Assembly: GCA_019309045.1 (NCBI GenBank) | Contig: JAFDGZ010000008.1 | Span: 309-64,308, forward strand | DNA from: Deltaproteobacteria bacterium | GTDB lineage: Bacteria; Desulfobacterota; Syntrophobacteria; BM002 | DNA: 64,000 bases | Direction: 5' to 3' | Part shown: positions 28,881 through 36,762 of the stretch, piece after piece | Layout: the number at the start of each line of letters is the position of its first letter | Numbering within the stretch: the first letter of the stretch is position 1 | Position numbers and translations under genes: made by a program | Notes under the pieces: generated by a model | Told to the model about the DNA's origin: nothing | Database searches by the model: none | Seen by the model: only the letters and a program-made list of their open reading frames with translations

Positions 28881-30212
28881 ATGTCAAGGTCAAAATTACA
28901 CTTACCCATTGTGCTTTTCTTGCTCGTGGTCGTTGTGCTTGTCATCGGCTGGGAGCGCTTAAGTGTACAGGACGTATCTGCAGAGGCAAAAGATGTCTAT
29001 GAACAGCTGCAGGTGTTCAGCGACGCTCTCGATATTATCCAGGAAAATTATGTCAAAGAGGTAGACCAGGAAAAGCTGATCGATGGTGCCATCTCCGGCA
29101 TGTTGAAAACTCTCGACCCGCACTCCTCATACCTGAATCAGGATGCCTATAAAGAACTGCAGGTGGAAACTAAAGGCAGTTTTGGCGGCATAGGCATTGA
29201 AATCACTATACGAGACGGGGTCCTTACAGTGGTTTCTCCTCTGGAGGGTACGCCGGCTTATGAATTGGGCATCCAGGCAGGAGACCAGATTTTGAAGGTA
29301 GACGGCGAACCCACCAAAGATATGTCCCTGATGGAAGCAGTGAAAAAAATGCGGGGGCCCAAGGGCACCAAGGTCACCCTTACCATCATGCGCAAGGGAT
29401 TTACCAAACCAAAAGAATTCACTGTGATCCGGGCAATTATTCCCATCAAGAGTGTGCGAGCCAAGAGCATGGGCTCCGGCATTGGCTATGTGCGCATCTC
29501 CCAGTTCCAGAGTACTACCACCAAGGACTTGCGCAACGCCCTGGATAGTTTAGAAAAAGAGCTCAAGCCCATGAGAGGCTTGATTCTGGACCTCAGAAAC
29601 AACCCGGGCGGTCTTCTCGACCAAGCAGTCAAGGTAAGCGATGAATTCCTGGACGAGGGACTGATAGTCTATACCGGCGGCCGAATAAAGAGTCAGGATA
29701 TGGAGTTCCGGGCACACAAGAACATGCATCCCCATCCTTACCCATTGGTTGCCCTGGTAAACGAAGGCTCAGCGAGCGCCGCGGAAATTGTGGCAGGTGC
29801 GCTGCAGGATCAAAAAAGGGCTGTGATCCTGGGAGTAAAGACCTTCGGCAAGGGCTCTGTGCAAACTGTTATTCCCTTGAGAAATGGCTCCGCCATCCGC
29901 CTGACCACTGCCCTTTACTACACACCGAGTGGTCGTTCTATCCAGGCCACCGGCATTCAGCCTGACATCGTCGTCGAGCGGCGACTGCCAACAGAAGCAG
30001 ACAACAAGAGTGCGGATTTCAAGGCAATCCGGGAAAAAGATCTCAAAAACCACATGGAGCAGAAGCAAGGAGCCGACGACGAAAATCGCCAAAAATTGGA
30101 CAAGGAGGCCCAGATTCAAAAAGAACTCGAAAAGGACAACCAGCTGGCTCGGGCTGTGGAGCTGTTGAAGGGCTGGGAGATTCTTTCACGCATAAAACAA
30201 GCCGGCAGTTGA
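28881..30212 (+). CDS. ctpA: S41 carboxy-terminal processing protease with PDZ domain
   Basis: LDPHS, GIGIE, DLRNNPGG, SASAAEI, TFGKGSVQ. Confidence 0.95.
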   Translation: MSRSKLHLPIVLFLLVVVVLVIGWERLSVQDVSAEAKDVYEQLQVFSDALDIIQENYVKEVDQEKLIDGAISGMLKTLDPHSSYLNQDAYKELQVETKGSFGGIGIEITIRDGVLTVVSPLEGTPAYELGIQAGDQILKVDGEPTKDMSLMEAVKKMRGPKGTKVTLTIMRKGFTKPKEFTVIRAIIPIKSVRAKSMGSGIGYVRISQFQSTTTKDLRNALDSLEKELKPMRGLILDLRNNPGGLLDQAVKVSDEFLDEGLIVYTGGRIKSQDMEFRAHKNMHPHPYPLVALVNEGSASAAEIVAGALQDQKRAVILGVKTFGKGSVQTVIPLRNGSAIRLTTALYYTPSGRSIQATGIQPDIVVERRLPTEADNKSADFKAIREKDLKNHMEQKQGADDENRQKLDKEAQIQKELEKDNQLARAVELLKGWEILSRIKQAGS

Positions 30213-30378
30213 GGCCACGACTGTCTCTTTCAGGTTCCTGTCATTTCCTGCGCTTTGCTGGACAACGGATTTGCTCTAGCAGAATGTGGTGCCTTTGAAC
30301 TGCAGAGGAGGTTCCTCCACAGGAAATGATGTTTTCAATAGCGCCGTCTCACTGCTCTGCAAGCATACCGACACATCT

Positions 30379-31590
30379 ATGGCATCTGGGAAAAGGCCTC
30401 GCCGAAAAAAGAAGAAGCGCACCCCTTCAGGCAAAGACCTTCTGCTAAAATGGTCTCTGGCAGCTGTGGCAGTTGTCATTCTGCTGCTGCTGTTCTTGTG
30501 GTTTGACGCCTCTTTTTATCAACAGCCTCCTGCCATACCTGCATATGAAGAGGTCCAGGTCAACGGCTTCACTTCGCTGCTCGGCGAAGTGGAGATAGCC
30601 ATCTACCATGGCCTCAGAGAGCTGGGCGTCAAAGAATCGCAAATTCGCTTCCGTAAAGTAGTACAGCGGTCTCGGGGGAATAGACACTGGGAATATGTTG
30701 AAATTGAAGTCCGGCTGAAACCGTCGCAAAACCTGGTGCAAACCCAGAATATCGTAACCAAAAATCTGCAAACTGTGAGCGGGGCGATTTCCTGGGAAGC
30801 AAACGGCAGAACACCCTCCAGCCGGGACCTCACTGTGCGAGTCATGGGCATGCTCACCCACAAAATCATCCTGACGCACAAGATTGAGCAGCCTCCTGCC
30901 AGGGCCCGGAAAAAACCAGCAGCCAGAGTTGCCATCGTAATCGATGATCTGGGATACGACCGCCGTCTGGCAGAAAAATTTCTTGCCATCAAGGAGCCTC
31001 TCTCCTTTTCAGTGCTGCCGCATGGCAGATTCAGCAAGACGATTGCCAGTGAAATCCATAAGAAGGGCAAGGAATTGATGCTGCACCTGCCCATGGAGCC
31101 TAAAGGCTTTCCTGAGGTCAACCCAGGACCTGGCGCCCTGTTGCTGGCAATGACGGACGAAGAGCTCAGGCAGCAATTGCAAGAAGATCTTGCTTCCTTC
31201 TCCTCTGTTGTGGGAGTCAACAACCACATGGGGTCACGCTTCTGCGAGCAGGCAGCAAAAATGAAAATAGTTTTGCAGGAGATCAAAAAGAGGAATCTTT
31301 TTTTCCTCGACAGCCGAACGAGCAAGGACACCACCGGGTACACTCTAGCGAAACAGCTGGGCATACCCTCTGCGGAAAGAAATGTCTTTCTGGACAACAT
31401 CCAGTCGCCCCGGGCAATTCGCAGCCAGTTGCGAAGACTGGTGCAATTGGCTCGGCTCAAGGGCAGGGCCATTGGGATAGCTCATCCCCATCAGGTTACG
31501 CTCGAGGTACTCAGCAGCGATTTACCCAAGCTGAAAGAGCAGGGAGTCGAACTGGTATTGGTTTCGCAGATTATCCACCCACCCACCTGA
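30379..31590 (+). CDS. Divergent polysaccharide deacetylase (YibQ-like), membrane anchored
   Basis: IVIDDLG, HLPMEP, NNHMGS, FLDSRT, AIGIAHP. Confidence 0.92.
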   Translation: MASGKRPRRKKKKRTPSGKDLLLKWSLAAVAVVILLLLFLWFDASFYQQPPAIPAYEEVQVNGFTSLLGEVEIAIYHGLRELGVKESQIRFRKVVQRSRGNRHWEYVEIEVRLKPSQNLVQTQNIVTKNLQTVSGAISWEANGRTPSSRDLTVRVMGMLTHKIILTHKIEQPPARARKKPAARVAIVIDDLGYDRRLAEKFLAIKEPLSFSVLPHGRFSKTIASEIHKKGKELMLHLPMEPKGFPEVNPGPGALLLAMTDEELRQQLQEDLASFSSVVGVNNHMGSRFCEQAAKMKIVLQEIKKRNLFFLDSRTSKDTTGYTLAKQLGIPSAERNVFLDNIQSPRAIRSQLRRLVQLARLKGRAIGIAHPHQVTLEVLSSDLPKLKEQGVELVLVSQIIHPPT

Positions 31591-31655
31591 GGAGTGCCCA
31601 GAGCTCTACCTGGTTGGCCGTATTTATCAGGGCACTCAGCCCCAGATTGTCTCTC

Positions 31656-31684
31656 TTGACAATTTGTTATGATTTCCGTATGGT
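31656..31684 (+). promoter_or_regulatory. Putative sigma70 promoter
   Basis: TTGACA-N17-TATGGT. Confidence 0.55.
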
Positions 31685-31863
31685 TAACTGCTCACTGTGA
31701 CTTTGGGCCGAAAAGCGTCACCAAGGCTCGATAAGGGGATCACTTGCGCTCTTGGCTGGCAGGGCTCTCCTGTGTGACAGCACCAGCTGCTGGAACCCTG
31801 GCACGCCAGGGAACACGGTGAGTTGTTTACACCTGGCCACCTGCCTCAACTTATTGGGACGTC

Positions 31864-32634
31864 ATGCAGGCAATCCTCACCGAGATCGGCAGACTTACCT
31901 ATCGTCTTCTCTTAGAGACAGGCCAGATAGCCATTATGCTGTTTCAGGCAGCCACATGGCTTGTACGTCCGCCTCTGAAGGTAGGCCTCATTTTCAAACA
32001 GATGGAATTTGTGGGGGTCAAATCTACCACTGTAGTAATTCTTACCGGGGCATCCACCGGTGCTGTACTCGCCCTGCAAACCTATTACGGCTTCACCAAG
32101 TTCAATGCGGAGACCATGGTGGGTGCGGTGGTGACCTTGTCCATGACCAGGGAGCTCGGCCCGGTACTCACCGGACTCATGGTAACTGCCCGAGTGGGCT
32201 CTGCCATGGCCACAGAACTCGGCACCATGAGGGTCACCGAGCAGATAGATGCCCTGGAAGTTATGGCGGCCAACCCCATAAAGCACCTGGTTGTGCCACG
32301 ATTGGTGGCCACTGTACTGATGCTGCCGGTGTTGACGGTAATGTGCGTCTTTATCGCCGTTGCTGGCGGCTATGCAGTTGGCGTCAATTTGCTCCACATC
32401 AATCCAGGACTTTTCATGAGCAAGGTCTATGATATGGTGCAGCCCATTGACCTGTTCAATGGCCTGATCAAATCGGCTTTCTTTGGGCTTATCCTCAGCC
32501 TGGTGGGCTGCTATAAAGGTTTTGCCACCTCCGGTGGAGCAGAGGGAGTCGGCCGTTCAGCCACAGAGGCCGTTGTGCTCTCTTCGGTCCTCATCCTGGT
32601 GAGCGACTATTTTCTTACAGCGCTGATGTTTTGA
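31864..32634 (+). CDS. mlaE: MlaE-family ABC permease
   Basis: RELGPVLT, ELGTMRVTEQIDALEVM, GGAEGVG. Confidence 0.95.
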   Translation: MQAILTEIGRLTYRLLLETGQIAIMLFQAATWLVRPPLKVGLIFKQMEFVGVKSTTVVILTGASTGAVLALQTYYGFTKFNAETMVGAVVTLSMTRELGPVLTGLMVTARVGSAMATELGTMRVTEQIDALEVMAANPIKHLVVPRLVATVLMLPVLTVMCVFIAVAGGYAVGVNLLHINPGLFMSKVYDMVQPIDLFNGLIKSAFFGLILSLVGCYKGFATSGGAEGVGRSATEAVVLSSVLILVSDYFLTALMF

Positions 32635-33410
32635 TGACTGAGGTCAACAACAATTCTAGGGTAGCAATCCGGGTGGAAGCATTGTACAAAACACTCGGGG
32701 GACAGCCCGTGCTCAGAGGCCTTGACCTTCACATCGAACGGGGAAAAACTACTGCGGTAATTGGTCAGAGCGGCTCCGGCAAAAGTGTGCTCTTGAAGCA
32801 CATCATCGGCCTCATGAAGCCAGACTCGGGAAAAGTTCTGGTTGACGGGGTGGACATTGCTGCCGTCAATAGTCGCCAACTCAATGAAATAAGAAAGAAA
32901 TTTGGCATGTTGTTCCAGGGAGGAGCCCTTTTCGATTCCATGACCGTTGCCGAAAATGTGGCTTTTCCCCTCAGGGAACATACGACAAAAGATGAAGAGG
33001 AGATCGCCCAGATTGTGGCAGACAAATTGCGGCAGGTGGGGCTCAAGAATGTGGAGCACAAAATGCCGTCTGAACTCAGCGGCGGCATGAAAAAGAGGGT
33101 GGCACTTGCCAGGGCCATTGCCCTCGATCCGGAGATCATCCTCTTCGACGAACCCACAACTGGCCTGGACCCAGTGACCGCAGACGCCATAAATGATTTG
33201 ATTATCACTACTCATATGCGGACCCAGGCCACCCTGGTGGTGATCAGCCATGACATCGAGGGGACCTTCAAGGTTGCCCACAAGGTTGCCATGCTCTACG
33301 AAGGACGGATCATAATGGAGGGAACGCCGGAGCACTTCCGGCTCAGCAACGACCCGGTGGTGCGACAGTTTATTGAAGGCAGGGCCGAGGGTCCTATAGT
33401 GGTGGTGTAA
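32634..33410 (+). CDS. mlaF: MlaF-family ABC ATPase
   Basis: GQSGSGKS, ALFDSMTV, LSGGMKKRV, DEPTTGLDP. Confidence 0.95.
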   Translation: MTEVNNNSRVAIRVEALYKTLGGQPVLRGLDLHIERGKTTAVIGQSGSGKSVLLKHIIGLMKPDSGKVLVDGVDIAAVNSRQLNEIRKKFGMLFQGGALFDSMTVAENVAFPLREHTTKDEEEIAQIVADKLRQVGLKNVEHKMPSELSGGMKKRVALARAIALDPEIILFDEPTTGLDPVTADAINDLIITTHMRTQATLVVISHDIEGTFKVAHKVAMLYEGRIIMEGTPEHFRLSNDPVVRQFIEGRAEGPIVVV

Positions 33411-33437
33411 GGGACCCGACTGATCGGAGACCAAGGA

Positions 33438-34877
33438 ATGGCAAGACTGACAACTGAGGCACGAGTGGGACTCTTTGTCCTCTTGGGCATAATCCTGCTG
33501 GTCTACATGTCCCTGAAACTCGGTGAATTTCATTTTGGCCGCAGAGGCGGCTATGAGATCTATGCCATTTTCGACTCCGCTGCCGGCCTCAAGCTCAACG
33601 TACCGGCTGAAATAGCTGGTGTGGAGGTGGGCAGGGTCATGGGGGTAGAACTCGAGGCCGGCAAAGCAAAGGTCAGACTGCGGATCAGACCAGGTGTCAA
33701 GCTCAGCACCGATGCCACAGCCACCATCCGCACCAAAGGCTTGCTGGGAGACAGATACATAGAAATCCAGCCCGGCACTCCCACTGCAGAGCCCCTGCCA
33801 CCAGGAGGGACTATCGTCCACACGGTGACTCCTCCGGAGATGGACCAATTGTTGACCAAGCTGGGACAAATAGGCGACGACATCCGCCAGGTGACCTGGA
33901 CTCTCAGCCAGGTACTGGGGGGTAAAGAGGGGGCGGCCAGCCTGAAACAAGTGTTTCGCAATATCCGCGAGCTCAGTGAGAATCTAAACATGGCCGTCAA
34001 ACAGAACATGGAACACTTCGATGCCATAATGGCCAATCTAGATCGCTTCAGTCATGACATCAGAGAGATGAGCGGGGAAAACAAGGAAGATTTCAAGATC
34101 ATTGTTGCCAACATGAAAAACACTTCCAAGCAGCTGGAAGAGGCTATTACAGCCGTGCGCCAGGTGGTGGACAAGGTAAACCGGGGCGAGGGCTTTTTGG
34201 GACGTCTGGTGAACGACCCGGAAACTGCGGCAAATCTCGACGCCACCCTTGCCTCATTGAAAGAGGTCTCAGACAAGATAAACAGAGGGGAGGGATCTCT
34301 GGGTAAGCTGGTCAACGACGAGGAGACCGTGGACAATCTCAATGAGGCCCTGGGCAGCATCAACCGCGTTCTCAGCCAACAGGAGCGGTTCAAGACCTAC
34401 CTGAGCTACCGGGGTGAATACCTGGTGGACGGCAGTGATCTCAAGTCGTACGCCAGCCTGAGAATTCAACCTCGGCCAGACAAGTACTATCTGCTTTCTG
34501 TGGTGGACGTGCCCAAACGCGGCGACCGCAGCGATGGTATCAAGGTGTCGGCGCAAATCGCCAAGCGCTACCAGGACGTTGTTCTCCGGGGCGGTGTTCT
34601 GGAGTCCACAGGGGGGGTTGGCCTGGATTACTACCTGCTGGACGACAGCCTGAAGTTCAGTTTCGAAGCCTTTGATTTCGAGGACAGCCCCCACCTGAAA
34701 TTGTATGCTGACTATACCTTCCTGCAACATCTGTTTGTCACTATGGGCTGGGATGATTTTGTGGGCAGCGAAGGCGACGCCTCCTTCTTTTTCGGGGCGG
34801 GAGTGCGCTTCCTGGACGAGGATATCAAGGCTCTGCTTGGCGGCGGGGCCACAGCTGCGGCTGCAGCCAGAAAATAG
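33438..34877 (+). CDS. mlaD: Long MlaD/MCE protein with helical repeats and C-terminal beta-strand domain
   Basis: N-terminal TM, MCE domain (AGVEVGRV, GLLGDRYIEI), repeated GEGxLGxLVND, alternating beta-strand C-terminus. Confidence 0.9.
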   Translation: MARLTTEARVGLFVLLGIILLVYMSLKLGEFHFGRRGGYEIYAIFDSAAGLKLNVPAEIAGVEVGRVMGVELEAGKAKVRLRIRPGVKLSTDATATIRTKGLLGDRYIEIQPGTPTAEPLPPGGTIVHTVTPPEMDQLLTKLGQIGDDIRQVTWTLSQVLGGKEGAASLKQVFRNIRELSENLNMAVKQNMEHFDAIMANLDRFSHDIREMSGENKEDFKIIVANMKNTSKQLEEAITAVRQVVDKVNRGEGFLGRLVNDPETAANLDATLASLKEVSDKINRGEGSLGKLVNDEETVDNLNEALGSINRVLSQQERFKTYLSYRGEYLVDGSDLKSYASLRIQPRPDKYYLLSVVDVPKRGDRSDGIKVSAQIAKRYQDVVLRGGVLESTGGVGLDYYLLDDSLKFSFEAFDFEDSPHLKLYADYTFLQHLFVTMGWDDFVGSEGDASFFFGAGVRFLDEDIKALLGGGATAAAAARK

Positions 34878-34949
34878 CCCACTGTCATATGATACTCTGC
34901 CGGCGGAACTGCCCTACCGCCGGCTTCAAAGCAGCCATATGTTGCTCCC

Positions 34950-35696
34950 CTAACGATTCGAGGTGTTTTTCCCCTGTCTGAGTTTTTGCAATAGGCGCAA
35001 ATGCTCGGCGCGTCTTGAGTCCAGCTTTTCCCATTCGAGGCCTGCAGGCCGCAGGGGGCGCGGGCTGATCGCAATAAGACGGCTGGGCGTGACAACCACG
35101 TCTACGGGGACGTCATGTGCCGCAGTTGGGATGTGGCTGCAAATCTGCAAGTCGTCCACCAGAGCAGCAATTCTGCTCTCCTCCCCGAGGGAGCCAATAC
35201 TGAGAAGAATGGCAAACTCCAGGTCAAAGTAGCCTGAGCCCTTGCCCAGCCTGACTCCCTGCAAACTGACAGCCACCGCTCCAGTCACCAGCATATCCAG
35301 GCGGCCGATGGCTCGGCGCGTTGTGGCCAGTTTCTTGCCGAATCTACGCACTCCCGAACTGCTGGCAGCCCGCCGCCAGGTTCTGGGCCTGAGCACCTGC
35401 CCTTCGAGCAGGTAAAAGCCGTCACGCAGGCCTGGTGTGGCCATGATCAGCCTTTTGCCATCGGCTAGACAATTGAGCCGCACCTGCAGCAGGGCCCTGT
35501 CCGGCGTTGCCAGAACGGTAGCCGCCCTTCTATAGGCCTCGAGCCGCCGCAGCCTTTCTGCCGCCTTGTTCTGCCCGGGAAACAGGGGAATCTTGCCATA
35601 AGGATCTGGAGAAATCCCTCGAGACTCCAGCAACTCCCACACCTCATGCCTCAGTGCTGCCTTGCGCCTCGCCACAGCCGCGGTTGAGCCATTCAT
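34950..35696 (-). CDS. 5-formyltetrahydrofolate cyclo-ligase paralog (MTHFSD/COG0212 type)
   Basis: GKIPLFPG, TPGLRDGF, GVRLGKGSGYFDLE, HDVPVD. Confidence 0.85.
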   Translation of the reverse strand: MNGSTAAVARRKAALRHEVWELLESRGISPDPYGKIPLFPGQNKAAERLRRLEAYRRAATVLATPDRALLQVRLNCLADGKRLIMATPGLRDGFYLLEGQVLRPRTWRRAASSSGVRRFGKKLATTRRAIGRLDMLVTGAVAVSLQGVRLGKGSGYFDLEFAILLSIGSLGEESRIAALVDDLQICSHIPTAAHDVPVDVVVTPSRLIAISPRPLRPAGLEWEKLDSRRAEHLRLLQKLRQGKNTSNR

Positions 35697-35823
35697 GAAT
35701 TAAGTATTCCCTTGCAGATCAACTTCTGGTAACAAAAAACCCCTGCCCATGGAGCAAGGGTGTCAACCAATTTCTCCTTGACCACCAGTGAAACCAGGTG
35801 ATATAAGCAATTGCTTACCATGA

Positions 35824-35898
35824 GCCGGCGTAGCTCAGGGGTAGAGCAGCTGATTCGTAATCAGCAGGTCGCGGGTTCGAATCCCATCGCCGGCTCCA
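35824..35898 (+). tRNA. tRNA-Thr(CGT)
   Basis: Acceptor stem GCCGGCG/CGCCGGC; anticodon arm GCTGA-TTCGTAA-TCAGC; TTCGAAT loop; encoded CCA. Confidence 0.95.
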
Positions 35899-35927
35899 AT
35901 GATATCAATAAGAAGGAATAGCACCCT

Positions 35928-36224
35928 TCAATAATGATAACGTGCTTGAATAAAATCGACTCTATCCCGGCTTACTACGTAGACCAGCCTATGTTCCTGG
36001 GTGATTCTGCGAGACCAAATGCCTGGTCCAAGAAACTTTAGTGGTTCTGGTTTACCCACCCCTTGAAAGGGATCACGCATTACTGCTTCTATGAGTTTAA
36101 GAATCCGAAGAGCTGTCCGACGGTCTGTTTCGACCCAGTAACGCAGATCCTCTCTGAACTCAACCTGGAATACAGCTTGCCTCTTTCTGCTGCTTTGAGG
36201 CGATCCCTTTCTCCGCTTACTCAA
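35928..36224 (-). CDS. yoeB: Txe/YoeB family toxin
   Basis: GVGKPEPLK, WSRRITQEHRLVY, ARYHY; TTG start overlaps the antitoxin stop. Confidence 0.93.
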   Translation of the reverse strand: MSKRRKGSPQSSRKRQAVFQVEFREDLRYWVETDRRTALRILKLIEAVMRDPFQGVGKPEPLKFLGPGIWSRRITQEHRLVYVVSRDRVDFIQARYHY

Positions 36225-36495
36225 AGCCGACCTCGCTGCGAAGTTCTTCAATAGTTTGTGGTGTACCGATTCCTTGCCGAACTCGATTAAGAGCAGAGAG
36301 CAACCGCTTCGTATTGGCAGGTGAACGAAGCAAATGTACAGTTTCGAGCAGGCCAGCGAGTTCCTCGGCGGCTATCATAGCGACATCCTCACTTCCACGC
36401 CGTTGGATAATTACAACCTCTCTATTCTTGGTAACTTCATCAATTAAGGAAGCGAAATTTGCACGGGCCTTGGTGTATGTTGTTTGAATGGCCAT
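36217..36495 (-). CDS. yefM: Phd/YefM family antitoxin
   Basis: TYTKARANFA, ETVHLLRSPAN. Confidence 0.93.
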   Translation of the reverse strand: MAIQTTYTKARANFASLIDEVTKNREVVIIQRRGSEDVAMIAAEELAGLLETVHLLRSPANTKRLLSALNRVRQGIGTPQTIEELRSEVGFE

Positions 36496-36512
36496 GATGG
36501 TCCCCTCATATA

Positions 36513-36533
36513 ATGTACAGTTTTACTGTACAT
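36513..36533. promoter_or_regulatory. YefM-type operator palindrome
   Basis: ATGTACAGT-TTT-ACTGTACAT; two TGTACA cores just upstream of the antitoxin RBS. Confidence 0.85.
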
Positions 36534-36762
36534 CTTGCAGCTTTAAATGTCAATGTTGTTGAGTTGCTTCCAGGAGTAAGCCCTTGATTTAAGAAAACAT
36601 GAGGCACAAGCTCAGATGACGACAAAGGATTTGCCTCCACCTGCTGGCTAGCCTTACCCCCGCCCAGTAGCCTTTCCATTGGGAAGCGCTGGAGATATAT
36701 CGTATCCGAGAGGCAGATACGACCAGTAGACTGTGCGCCTCAAGAAATTACCTGCTATTCTG

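Noticed and set aside
35697-35823. 6S RNA upstream of the cyclo-ligase gene
   Set aside because: The spacer is only about 125 bp, holds divergent promoter-like elements and has no long hairpin.
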